Shown piece after piece: positions 1 through 9,377 of a stretch of DNA of 64,000 bases. Origin of the DNA: Candidatus Bathyarchaeia archaeon (GTDB lineage: Archaea > Thermoproteota > Bathyarchaeia > Bathyarchaeales > Bathycorpusculaceae). The notes under the pieces are model-generated. The model saw nothing but the letters and a program-made list of their open reading frames with translations, did no database searches and had not been told where the DNA came from. The position numbers were made by a program, and so were the translations under genes. The first letter of the stretch is position 1, and each line of letters begins with the position of its first letter. The stretch is taken from assembly GCA_050012255.1 (NCBI GenBank), contig JBEKHN010000004.1, forward strand, positions 1-64,000. Reading direction: 5' to 3'.

Positions 1-1222
1 TTCTTTCTAGCTTGTTCTCGTTGAGAAGACGGATCGCTTCCTTGAGTTCAACCTGTTCTGGAAGAACAAATATCTGAACAAGGTTGTCTCTCAATAGGTG
101 AAACGGACCCTCACCCATACCCCCTGCAAGCACCGCGTCAACTTTTTCGTCTACTAAGAATTGAGCAGCACCTATTCCTTTCTTCCTCGCTATTCTCGCT
201 GCTCTATTGACCTTGACATAGACATACTTTGTTTGGTTATTCTCCAGTTCTATGAATGCAAAAAAGGGTACATTGCCAAAATGAGCAGAAGTCTTTGATT
301 CCAATCCTTTGTCTTCCACCGCTGGAATGCCGACCTTGATTTTCTGTTTTTGTGCTGGTTCTACATGAATCGTAATTGATTCAATATCCTTGAAACGCTC
401 TCTGATCTTCTCTTCGATCTCATCTGAAATCTCGTGCGCTTTCTCCAGAGGAAGAGCTTCTTCCACCTCTATGTGCATCTCTCCAAAGGAGACAGGTCCT
501 GATTTATGCAATCTGAGATCATGCACTCCCCTAACTCCCCTTACTCCCTCCGCTATTTCCTTCATTTCCTTGGCCTTTTGCGGACTCAAACAAGCATCCA
601 TAAGAACCAGCACTGCATCTTTTCCAAACCACAACCCCACTTTCATAACGTACAACCCAATAGCCAAGCCCGCCAAAGCCTCAGCCACGGGATAACCTAG
701 GCTGGCAAACAAGACACCTACGAAAACCAATAACGAAGTATACACATCTATCAAAGAATGTTGTCCTTCACTAACAAGCGACTGAGAACCGATAAGGCTT
801 CCCACGCTTTTCTTGTACCTACCAAGAAAGTAGGAGACCAGCCCTGAAAAAGCGGCCACCGCAAGAACAACAGATGGAAACAGGACAACGCTGCGTGCAA
901 ACAGTTTATCCACAGCTTCTTTCAAGATCAAAACACCTGATACAACGATCGTCACGGCGACTATCAGCAAGGCCAAGGTTTCTGCCTTGTAATATCCGTA
1001 CGGAAATCTTTCGGTAGGTTTTTTCTGAACCAGCTTGAGTCCGGCCCAGACAGCAATCGAGGAAAAAATGTCAGCAAAGGAATGAATAGAGTCTGCGAGT
1101 AATGCCACGCTCCCAGAGATCACCGATACTGCGCCTTTCAGAAGGCTGAACGCTAGGAGAACAGATGCAGAAAGAATCGCAGCTCTTTCCCCTTTTCTAA
1201 AAAGCTGGTTCTTCTCATTCAT
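1..1222 (-). CDS. Cation diffusion facilitator (CDF) transporter fused to C-terminal NifB/NifX-family domain; runs off window edge
   Basis: Manual translation from ATG 1222: MNEKNQLFRKGERAAILSASV...SGSVALLADSIHSFAD (CDF TM2 HxxxD). Later KVGIPAVEDKGLESKTSAHFGNVPFF (NifX-like HFG motif). Not in the ORF track because no stop falls in the window. Confidence 0.85.
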   Translation of the reverse strand, partial: MNEKNQLFRKGERAAILSASVLLAFSLLKGAVSVISGSVALLADSIHSFADIFSSIAVWAGLKLVQKKPTERFPYGYYKAETLALLIVAVTIVVSGVLILKEAVDKLFARSVVLFPSVVLAVAAFSGLVSYFLGRYKKSVGSLIGSQSLVSEGQHSLIDVYTSLLVFVGVLFASLGYPVAEALAGLAIGLYVMKVGLWFGKDAVLVLMDACLSPQKAKEMKEIAEGVRGVRGVHDLRLHKSGPVSFGEMHIEVEEALPLEKAHEISDEIEEKIRERFKDIESITIHVEPAQKQKIKVGIPAVEDKGLESKTSAHFGNVPFFAFIELENNQTKYVYVKVNRAARIARKKGIGAAQFLVDEKVDAVLAGGMGEGPFHLLRDNLVQIFVLPEQVELKEAIRLLNENKLER

Positions 1223-1249
1223 TCTAGAACCAAGCTCTGAGTTCTACTC

Positions 1250-1624
1250 CTAGTGATGGTGTGCGTGATGGCAGCCTTCGGTAAGCTCTTGAAGCTTGTC
1301 ATCCTTGTATGCAGCGATTACGTCTTTGACCGTATCCGCGTTCGCTTTTAGTACCGCTACTCCTGCTTCTTGGAATCCGGTTAAACCTCTTGGGCCCATT
1401 CCGTAGGTTATTATCGCATTTGGTTTCCGCTCCAGAATGTGGTCGTGCATGTGTCCTTCGCCCCCGAAATGTTCGCTTTTGTTTTCTAAGGTCTCGACGT
1501 TTTCGACTTTTCCGTCCATGTCCAAAGCCACGATAGCATAGAAAGGCGCTCTTCCGAAATGCTCTGCTATCCTAGCGTTCAAACCGTTGTTATCTGACAC
1601 AGGTACGATTACTGTAGTTTTCAT
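1250..1624 (-). CDS. NifB/NifX family (dinitrogenase FeMo-cofactor biosynthesis domain) protein, His-rich tail
   Basis: IAEHFGRAPFY and GMGPRG motifs; C-terminal CHHAHHH; upstream AGGAGGTGA RBS. Confidence 0.85.
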   Translation of the reverse strand: MKTTVIVPVSDNNGLNARIAEHFGRAPFYAIVALDMDGKVENVETLENKSEHFGGEGHMHDHILERKPNAIITYGMGPRGLTGFQEAGVAVLKANADTVKDVIAAYKDDKLQELTEGCHHAHHH

Positions 1625-1643
1625 TGCGTCACCTCCTTTTTCA

Positions 1644-2492
1644 CTACTTCTTCGCCTTCTGTTTCAGGAAATCTTCGATCTTCTTGACAATTTCCATGAA
1701 GGACTTTGAAGCCGCAGAGTTTGGATGCTCGACGATGAACGGTTTCCCTCTGTCAGCATCCTCACAGATTTCTTGATCTATTGGAATGCTTCCAAGAAAT
1801 GCGGCATTCAGTTCTTCAGCTATCTTTCGCCCGCCGCCAGACTCGAATATGTCAGATTTTTTTCCGCAGTGAGGACAGGTGAAGCCGCTCATGTTTTCGA
1901 TGACGCCGATGATTGGCATTCCGAGCTGCCGAGCAAAAGTGACAGACTTCTTAACGACCACTTGCGAGACTTTAGATGGGATTGTCACTATCACAACGCC
2001 GTCCATTTCCGGTAATAGCTGAGCAATGCTTAGCGGTTCATCGCCTGTTCCAGGAGGGAGATCAATTAGCAGAATGTCTAGGTCTCCCCAGACTATCTCT
2101 GACAGAAACTGGCGGATCGCGGTCATCTTCAGCGGTCCACGCCAAATCACTGGCGCATTTTCATCAGGCAATAGGAAGTCCATCGAAACAACCTTTATCC
2201 CTAACGTGCCTGAGGCTGGAAAGGCTCCAGGCGGACCCACTTGGAGTCTTTGGCCCGTCAGTCCTAGCATTCTCGGTACACTGGGACCATGTATATCTGC
2301 GTCAAGAATCCCGATCCGGTCGGCGTGTCCATGCATCGCGAGGGCCACGGCCAGATTCACGGCCACCGTACTTTTGCCCACGCCACCTTTGCCGCTTATC
2401 ACGGCTATCTTGTGCCTAACCTTGCTCATTTTGGCCCTGAGCTTCTGCTCCTGCTCCGAAAACTGTTTTTCTCTCTCTGTAACTTCTTGCAT
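1644..2492 (-). CDS. Mrp/NBP35 (ApbC) Fe-S cluster carrier ATPase
   Basis: SGKGGVGKST deviant Walker A, DADIHGPS, WRGP, DLPPGTGD, ENMSGFTCPHC. Start moved to ATG 2492 to avoid overlap with DUF134. Confidence 0.9.
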   Translation of the reverse strand: MQEVTEREKQFSEQEQKLRAKMSKVRHKIAVISGKGGVGKSTVAVNLAVALAMHGHADRIGILDADIHGPSVPRMLGLTGQRLQVGPPGAFPASGTLGIKVVSMDFLLPDENAPVIWRGPLKMTAIRQFLSEIVWGDLDILLIDLPPGTGDEPLSIAQLLPEMDGVVIVTIPSKVSQVVVKKSVTFARQLGMPIIGVIENMSGFTCPHCGKKSDIFESGGGRKIAEELNAAFLGSIPIDQEICEDADRGKPFIVEHPNSAASKSFMEIVKKIEDFLKQKAKK

Positions 2493-2514
2493 ACTCGTCA
2501 ATTCGAAAACTCCT

Positions 2515-2976
2515 TCATATTTCAAAATGGCCTCTATGGCCTCTTCCAAGTCGAGCGTACCCTTTGTCCTCGGGAGCCCTGTGGATGTTCTTGCTTCCGC
2601 ATGTAGGACAGGTGCCTGGTCTCCCTCTTCCATGGGGTTCGTCCCACTCGTGGCCGCAATCAAGGCATTTGAATTTTCTACTTGCGTCCGACATGTATTC
2701 GCCTCCTTCTATTCGTATTGCTTTGCCATTGACCAATGCATCTGCCACCTTCTTTCTTGCCGCCTCTATGACTCTGTGGAATGTCGGTTGCGATATGCGC
2801 ATACTGTCAGCCGCCGCTGTCTGCTCCAATCCCTCGAGATCCTTCAGTCTTATCGCTTCAAATTCATCTACGCCCAAGCCAACGCTTTCCAAAGAATTCA
2901 TTGGAACGCCTCTAGGTTTGAAATACTTCACGCCTGGTTCGCAGCATACTCGTCGGCAGATTCTGGGTCTAGGCAC
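2515..2976 (-). CDS. DUF134 HTH protein with C-terminal Zn ribbon (putative regulator)
   Basis: MPRPRxCRRV...DEFEAIRLKDLEGLEQTAAADSMRISQPTFHR...ARKKVADALVNGKAIRIEGG; C-terminal CLDC...CPTC. Confidence 0.85.
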   Translation of the reverse strand: MPRPRICRRVCCEPGVKYFKPRGVPMNSLESVGLGVDEFEAIRLKDLEGLEQTAAADSMRISQPTFHRVIEAARKKVADALVNGKAIRIEGGEYMSDASRKFKCLDCGHEWDEPHGRGRPGTCPTCGSKNIHRAPEDKGYARLGRGHRGHFEI

Positions 2977-2977
2977 G

Positions 2978-2999
2978 ATTATGAATAAATATTCATAAT
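2978..2999. promoter_or_regulatory. Perfect palindrome ATTATGAATA-AA-TATTCATAAT, candidate DUF134 operator
   Basis: 10-bp inverted repeat with 2-bp spacer directly upstream of the DUF134 GTG start. Confidence 0.65.
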
Positions 3000-3229
3000 T
3001 CTCTTAAAGGTTTCGCAACGCAAGCTGGAAACACACATTCCGAAAACATGAAAACAACAATAACTTTTCATAGCGGTCAATTACTTAAGCCCCCTCTTAG
3101 CGCGCGCGGTCTGTCCACCAGACATGCACCCTCGGGATTTGTGGTGTAAATGGGAATTCACAATGTGACGCGCGCGAGTAAGACATAAGTTGTGCAGAAA
3201 CAACGTCATCCTATTCGCGGGGAAAGATC

Positions 3230-3898
3230 GTGGTTAAATGTAGCGAATGTACCGTTTTCGTGTGCGAACATCCTCAACGGGCTCGAGTTACTTCCAAGCT
3301 GGGTTTTTGTCCGATGAACGTTGAAAAAGATGTTTTAAGGAAAGCTAGGGAAGAATATGAGAAACCTGGTGTGGGAAAAATAGCTCGTGCTTCGGCTTTG
3401 GTAGAGTCAGAGGGTTATATGAAGTGGACCAGAGTCGAGGATACGATGGAATTTGCCAGAAGGATGAATTTTGTTAGTCTCGGTGTTGCCTGCTGTGTAG
3501 GATTGACCGAGGAGGGAAGAGTACTGACGGATATTCTCGAATGCAATGGCTTTCAGGTGACTTTTGTATTCTGCAAGACTGGTGGTGTTCCAAAGGAAGA
3601 GTTGGGACTGAAAGACAGCGAGAAAGTACATCCCGGCACCTTCGAGCCTATTTGCAACCCAGTAGCACAAGCCTTAATCATGAACAAGGCGAAAACAGAG
3701 CTGAACATAATCGTAGGACTCTGTGTAGGACACGACTCCACCTTCATCAAGTATTCCAAAGCACCCGTAACAGTCTTAGTTGCTAAGGACAGGGTCTTAT
3801 GCCACAATCCCGTTGGAGCATTATACACTGCAAAGGGATACTACAAGCACAAACTCTACGACACACACAGAGCGCGCACAGGAATTAAAGCACCCTAG
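3230..3898 (+). CDS. DUF1847 family Cys-rich metal-binding protein
   Basis: TRVEDTMEFARRM, ACCVGL, CKTGG, CNPVAQA, GLCVGHD, KDRVLCHNP. Confidence 0.85.
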   Translation: MVKCSECTVFVCEHPQRARVTSKLGFCPMNVEKDVLRKAREEYEKPGVGKIARASALVESEGYMKWTRVEDTMEFARRMNFVSLGVACCVGLTEEGRVLTDILECNGFQVTFVFCKTGGVPKEELGLKDSEKVHPGTFEPICNPVAQALIMNKAKTELNIIVGLCVGHDSTFIKYSKAPVTVLVAKDRVLCHNPVGALYTAKGYYKHKLYDTHRARTGIKAP

Positions 3899-4051
3899 CT
3901 TTTAGAGAGCGCTTGTCCCAAGAGATCAACATTATTCAGTGAACATCAGTTTAAGCTTCTTACTGGGTCTCTGCTGCTCCATTCATCTTTTTGCCAGTTT
4001 TCATAAGTAGGTGGGCTTCTCATGCCTAGTGAAGATGTAGAGGAGATACGT

Positions 4052-4135
4052 TTGGCAGATACTCTGCTTGTGTTCTCTGTTGCAGCAGGCGTAATAATCA
4101 TCGGCTATCTTGCCAATGCTTTGTTCCGAAAAAGC
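4052..4135 (+). pseudogene. Possible N-terminal fragment of a cation:proton antiporter-like membrane protein
   Basis: GAGGAG RBS + TTG; LADTLLVFSVAAGVIIIGYLANALFRK resembles the first TM helix of NhaP/CPA proteins, then loses resemblance and runs into the hppA 3' end. Confidence 0.35.
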
Positions 4136-4183
4136 ACGCGCAAGGAATATGAAAAAGTGATGTTGGGTTACAGGTTTGATTAC

Positions 4184-6307
4184 CTAATGAATTCCCAACA
4201 GTTCTAGTAGGTTGTATTTAACGATCAAGACTGCGAGCAGTGAAGCAATCAACGACATCACTGTAATCATTGTGTTAAGCGAAGGTCCTGCAGTGTCTTT
4301 GAATGGGTCTCCGACTGTGTCGCCTACGACCGCCGCTTTGTGTGCGTCTGATCCTTTGCCGCCGTATTTTCCTGATTCAATCAGTTTCTTGGCGTTGTCC
4401 CACAAACCGCCTGCGTTTGACATCAATAGGGCTAACAGCAAGCTTGAGAATATTGAACCGGCCAAGAAACCTCCGAGTGCTTTTATTCCGCCTGCGAAGC
4501 CAACAATCAAGGTTGCAGCGATGGCCATGATACTCGCCGGCATAAGTTCACGCAGTGCTCCAACCGTCGCGATGTCAACACACCGCGCATAATCTGGCTT
4601 TACGCCTGGTTTCCCTTCCTTGAGCCCTGGAATCTCTCTGAACTGCCTCTTGATTTCTGCGATCATTCTGGTCGCGTTTCTTCCAACGCCCAGCATGACC
4701 ATCGCCGAGAACACAGCTGGAATTGCAACGCCTATGAGGGCGCCTAATAGGACCATCGGGTCCATGACGTCGAAGACAACAGTCTGACCTGCTCTGGAGG
4801 CTATTTCCTGAAATGCTGCAAGCAAAGCGATAACGGTTAATCCTGCTGCGCCTATGGCGAATCCTTTGGTTATGGCTTTCGCCGTGTTCCCTGCAGAGTC
4901 AAGTTCGTCTGTGATGGCTATTACTTCTTCGCTCAGTCCTGATTGTTCGGCTATTCCTTTAGAATTGTCGACGATCGGACCGTAAGCGTCGTTTGAAACA
5001 GTCAATCCGACAATCGAGAGCATGCCAAGGGCGGCCATAGCTATTCCATAAACAGCAAATTCTGCACCTGTCGCGTTGTACTGTGTAGCTAGGGGTTCAC
5101 AGATCTTGTATGAAATAGCCGCTGCAACTGCTATTCCGATCAATGGAAATATGATGCTGCGTAGACCGTATGAGAATCCTGTTAGGATATTCAATGCGGC
5201 TCCAGTTTCGGATGCTTCTGCCGTTCTTAGAACCGGGGCTTTGTCTTCTGATGTAAAGTAATCGCTTGTAACACCAATAATTATTCCGGCTGCGAGACCA
5301 ACTACTGCGGCTCCCCACAATTGCCATGGATAGTTCAGGTACCACGTTGCTAGGGCTGTCAAGATTCCAAATATTATGCATGTTATGTAGGTTCCTACGT
5401 TTAATGCTCCCCCAGGATTGCCTTTCTTGCCTACTCTGACTGTTAAGGCGCCTATGACTGCAGCCAAGATGCCTGAGCCTGCAAACAGAAGTGGAACTTG
5501 CACAAAAATTTCAGGCGCGTTCATTTGTCGCGCGACTAGGTCTAGTCCTACGCCAAGTATCATTACTACGACTACACTCGCCACGTAAGAGTCAAAAAGA
5601 TCGGCTCCCATTCCTGCGACATCGCCTACGTTGTCTCCAACGTTGTCAGCTATGACTGCGGGGTTTCGCGGATCATCCTCAGGTATTCCCAGCTCCACTT
5701 TGCCGACCAAATCTGCGCTGATATCTGCTGTTTTTGTGAAGATGCCTCCGCCTGCCTTAGCAAAAAGTGAAAGAGAGCTTGCTCCAAAACTGTAGGCCAG
5801 CACTGCTGGTATTGTTCCCTCCATCCCAGTGAGATAGAAGACTACGCTGATGCCGAGCAGACCGACGCCGACTACTGACAACCCCATGACTGCGCCGCCG
5901 CGAAAACCAATGGGAAACGCCTTGTTCAATCCGCCTTGTGCTGCATTTGCGACTTTGGCGTTTGCTTTCGTTGCAATGCTTAATCCCAAGTATCCTGCGA
6001 GGGCCGAGCAGAATGATCCGAACATGTAAGCTATTGGCAATTGCAGGTTCAGCAAGCGGTTGTGGTCTTCCCAAATTGGCTGTGGCAGGAATATGCCGAT
6101 GAGTACTGCAACAACGGTTATGAACATTGCCAGCGTTGTATATTCTCTTCTGATGAAAGCTGCGGCTCCTTCTCTGATTGCATTGGAAATCTCTTTCATT
6201 CTTTCTGATCCACTATCCTGCTTGTTTACGTAACTGTAGAAGTAAAGTCCGACTAGTATTGATACCAATGCAGATAACGGTGCTAGTAACCATGGTTCAA
6301 ATATCAT
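4184..6307 (-). CDS. hppA: Membrane-bound pyrophosphatase, K+-independent type (H+-translocating)
   Basis: GGGIFTKTADISADLVGKVELGIPEDDPRNPAVIADNVGDNVGD, GNTAKAITKGFAI, GDTVGDPFKDTAGPSLN. Confidence 0.95.
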   Translation of the reverse strand: MIFEPWLLAPLSALVSILVGLYFYSYVNKQDSGSERMKEISNAIREGAAAFIRREYTTLAMFITVVAVLIGIFLPQPIWEDHNRLLNLQLPIAYMFGSFCSALAGYLGLSIATKANAKVANAAQGGLNKAFPIGFRGGAVMGLSVVGVGLLGISVVFYLTGMEGTIPAVLAYSFGASSLSLFAKAGGGIFTKTADISADLVGKVELGIPEDDPRNPAVIADNVGDNVGDVAGMGADLFDSYVASVVVVMILGVGLDLVARQMNAPEIFVQVPLLFAGSGILAAVIGALTVRVGKKGNPGGALNVGTYITCIIFGILTALATWYLNYPWQLWGAAVVGLAAGIIIGVTSDYFTSEDKAPVLRTAEASETGAALNILTGFSYGLRSIIFPLIGIAVAAAISYKICEPLATQYNATGAEFAVYGIAMAALGMLSIVGLTVSNDAYGPIVDNSKGIAEQSGLSEEVIAITDELDSAGNTAKAITKGFAIGAAGLTVIALLAAFQEIASRAGQTVVFDVMDPMVLLGALIGVAIPAVFSAMVMLGVGRNATRMIAEIKRQFREIPGLKEGKPGVKPDYARCVDIATVGALRELMPASIMAIAATLIVGFAGGIKALGGFLAGSIFSSLLLALLMSNAGGLWDNAKKLIESGKYGGKGSDAHKAAVVGDTVGDPFKDTAGPSLNTMITVMSLIASLLAVLIVKYNLLELLGIH

Positions 6308-6469
6308 CTTCCCTTTTCTCCTGTTCAAGCTTCACTATTTTTAAAGAAGCTCTAGTTTGAGCATGGAGCACATATAAACTTATTTCCTGAGATGCGTCTC
6401 GCATTAGAAAAGAATATATCATGTCACTTCACGATGATACGCTTCTATGTCTGCTGGAGAAGGGTGGCG

Positions 6470-9235
6470 TTGGCTTCCAAATCCTGGCATACGAAAAGTT
6501 CTGAAGAAGCTTTGAAGGAATTGAACTCTACTGAGACTGGTTTGAGTCAAGCAGAAGCGCATAAGCGACTGGCTGAATTTGGTCCGAATGAACTGAAAAA
6601 AGAAGAGCGCACTTCTCCGATAAAGATGTTTTTCGAACAGTTTGCCGATATACTCATGATAATCTTGCTGATAGCCACAGCGCTTTCCCTGGCCATCGGC
6701 GAATTCATCGACGCCATAGTCATTATCGCTATAGTTTTGGCTACGGCCATACTGGGTTTTGTCGAGGAATTCAGATCCGAGAAGGCTGTAGAAGCTCTTA
6801 AGAAGATGACAGCCCCTACCGCCGCGGTCTTGCGTGATGGAAAAGAAGCAAGAATCCCTACCGGCGAGATTGTGCCTGGCGACATCATACTCCTATACAC
6901 TGGAGACAAGGTCCCTGGTGATGCGCGACTTGTCGAAAGCGTCAACCTCAAAATCGACGAAGCGTCATTGACAGGAGAATCTTCTCCAGTAAACAAGAAC
7001 GTTACTTCCTGCGGAGAGGAAACCGCGCTAAACGACCGTCGCAACATGGTCTTCACGGGAACGATCGTTGTATATGGTCGAGGAAAAGCCGTTGTCACAA
7101 CGACTGGCATGAACACGGAGTTCGGGAAAATTGCCAAAATGGTGCAGATGACTGAAGAAGAGGTGACTCCTCTTGAAAAGAGAACTCAGTCTATAGGAAA
7201 ATGGATCGGCATATTGTCTGTGGCGATTTGTCTCGGAGTGGGCGTAATTGGGATGGTTGAAGGACGCAACATCATCGACATGATTTTGTGGGGAATCAGC
7301 CTGGCAGTGGCGGCTGTTCCCGAAGCGTTGCCTGCGATCGTCACAGGGGCTCTTGCCGTTGGCATGTATCGGATGGCCAGAGTTCACACTATAGTCAAGA
7401 GGTTGCCTGCCGTTGAAACGTTGGGTTGCACCAGCGTCATATGCTCTGACAAGACCGGAACAATGACGAAAGGCGAGATGACGGTGCAGAGGATCTACTT
7501 GAATGATGAAGCTGTCAAAGTAACGGGGGTTGGATACGAACCCAAAGGAGAATTCCTGATAGAAGATCAGAAGATTGATGTGAAAAGTGAGGGGCTTCGC
7601 ATTCTTCTGACTGCTGCAACACTGTGCAATGACGCGAAGCTCGAAAAAGACGAAGCTACACAAAGATGGATTATCAAGGGAGACCCGACAGAAGGATCTC
7701 TCATCGTTGCAGCGGCGAAAACAGGTTTGTGGAAGCAAGAGCTTGAACAGCAGCAACCACGTGTGGGCGAAATTCCCTTCTCCTCAGAAACGAAACGCAT
7801 GACAACTATGCACGTCATTTCAGGCGGGAAGAAGATAGCCTATATGAAAGGAGCTCCAGAAATAGTCCTGGAAAAATGCACGAAAGTATTGACGAACGGC
7901 AAAGCCTCGAGGCTCACTGAAAATGCCCGGGCAAAATTGCTCAAAGTGAATGAGGCTATGGCTAGGCAAGCGCTGAGGAACTTGGGCTTTGCTTACAGGG
8001 AGCTGCCTGAAGCAGTAGACGCTTGCGATGAGAAAATTGAGAACGACTTCGTGTTTGTCGGCATTATGGGCATGATTGACCCACCGCGTGAAGAAGTCAA
8101 GGATGCAATATACACATGCAAGAAAGCAGGAATAAACGTTGTGATGGTGACGGGCGATCATCGGCTTACCGCAATAGCAGTAGCGAAAGCGCTTAACCTG
8201 CTCGGCGAGGACGAAGAACTGGAAAAAGTGTTGACCGGTGAAGAACTGGAAAAGCTCAATGATGAGCAGCTGGCTGGCATCGTTGAAAAAGTTGTGATAT
8301 ATGCACGCGTTTCGCCTGAGCACAAGATGAGAATCGTCAAAGCTTGGAAAGCAAAAGACCACGTAGTCGCTATGACGGGTGACGGAGTAAACGACGCGCC
8401 AGCACTTAAAATGGCGGACATAGGCGTTTCCATGGGCATAACGGGCACAGAAGTGACGAAGGAAGCCTCAGACATGGTCTTGACAGATGATAACTTCGCT
8501 TCCATAGTCAAAGCAGCAAGAGAAGGCCGCGAGATATATGACAACATCAAGAAATACCTCACTTATCTTATGCGATGCAACATCATGGAAATCCTTGTAA
8601 TGTTAATAGCCGTAGTTTCCGTGCCGTATCTGGCAAGAATCTATTCACCTGGCTCACCCACCGCGGTCATCGGTGAAGCAACGATAGCGTTAACCGCGGC
8701 ACAGTTGCTTTGGGTGAACCTCACAACTGACGGTTTGCCTGCATTAGCATTGGGCATTGATCCAGGCGACCCAGACATAATGGATAGGAAACCCCGTGAC
8801 CCGAATGAAAGCGTTTTCACAATTGACGTTAAACTCTACCTATCGCTGATACCAATACTGATGACTACTTTGCTTCTATTCGGATACTTCTTCTACCGAC
8901 CATGGGAAAGTGCGGCTCAACTATTGGAAGCAAGAACTCAGCTGTTGACGGCTATGATCATAATGGAGCTGGCCAACGCCATATCAGCGCGTTCACTGAA
9001 ATACCCAGTCTGGAAGGTCGGTGTGTTCAAGAACAAGTTCCTCTGGTACGCAGTGGGATCATCGTTTCTCCTGCAACTCTTCGTACTCTACACGCCAGGC
9101 ATCAATTCAGCCTTCAGCGTCAATGCGCCTGAACCGCTTGACTGGGCATTTGCAGCATTGTTCACGGCGATAACCTTCACTGCGTTGGAACTGGGCAAAT
9201 ATATAGCAAGCAGAAGACGGAGAACAAAGGCTTAG
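6470..9235 (+). CDS. P2A (SERCA-like) Ca2+-transporting P-type ATPase
   Basis: LTGES, AVPEALP, CSDKTGT, KGAPE, TGDGVNDAPAL, WVNLTTDGLPA. Start put at TTG 6470 after GGAGAAGGGTG. Confidence 0.9.
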   Translation: MASKSWHTKSSEEALKELNSTETGLSQAEAHKRLAEFGPNELKKEERTSPIKMFFEQFADILMIILLIATALSLAIGEFIDAIVIIAIVLATAILGFVEEFRSEKAVEALKKMTAPTAAVLRDGKEARIPTGEIVPGDIILLYTGDKVPGDARLVESVNLKIDEASLTGESSPVNKNVTSCGEETALNDRRNMVFTGTIVVYGRGKAVVTTTGMNTEFGKIAKMVQMTEEEVTPLEKRTQSIGKWIGILSVAICLGVGVIGMVEGRNIIDMILWGISLAVAAVPEALPAIVTGALAVGMYRMARVHTIVKRLPAVETLGCTSVICSDKTGTMTKGEMTVQRIYLNDEAVKVTGVGYEPKGEFLIEDQKIDVKSEGLRILLTAATLCNDAKLEKDEATQRWIIKGDPTEGSLIVAAAKTGLWKQELEQQQPRVGEIPFSSETKRMTTMHVISGGKKIAYMKGAPEIVLEKCTKVLTNGKASRLTENARAKLLKVNEAMARQALRNLGFAYRELPEAVDACDEKIENDFVFVGIMGMIDPPREEVKDAIYTCKKAGINVVMVTGDHRLTAIAVAKALNLLGEDEELEKVLTGEELEKLNDEQLAGIVEKVVIYARVSPEHKMRIVKAWKAKDHVVAMTGDGVNDAPALKMADIGVSMGITGTEVTKEASDMVLTDDNFASIVKAAREGREIYDNIKKYLTYLMRCNIMEILVMLIAVVSVPYLARIYSPGSPTAVIGEATIALTAAQLLWVNLTTDGLPALALGIDPGDPDIMDRKPRDPNESVFTIDVKLYLSLIPILMTTLLLFGYFFYRPWESAAQLLEARTQLLTAMIIMELANAISARSLKYPVWKVGVFKNKFLWYAVGSSFLLQLFVLYTPGINSAFSVNAPEPLDWAFAALFTAITFTALELGKYIASRRRRTKA

Positions 9236-9377
9236 AAAAACTTGTATGACGAGCTCTGAAAACGAGACCTCTCATAACCACAAATGGGCGTGTATCCTGA
9301 ACCGTGTATACTGACTTTTCCGCATTCATCGTCATTTTGGTTGGTTGGGCGCGCCAAAGTTTATCGCCAAACCAAAT

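Noticed and set aside
1-1624. Nitrogen fixation inferred from NifB/NifX domains
   Set aside because: These domains are widespread outside diazotrophs, and no nifHDK is in the window.
2026-2988. 320-aa plus-strand ORF
   Set aside because: Antisense shadow of the Mrp and DUF134 genes.
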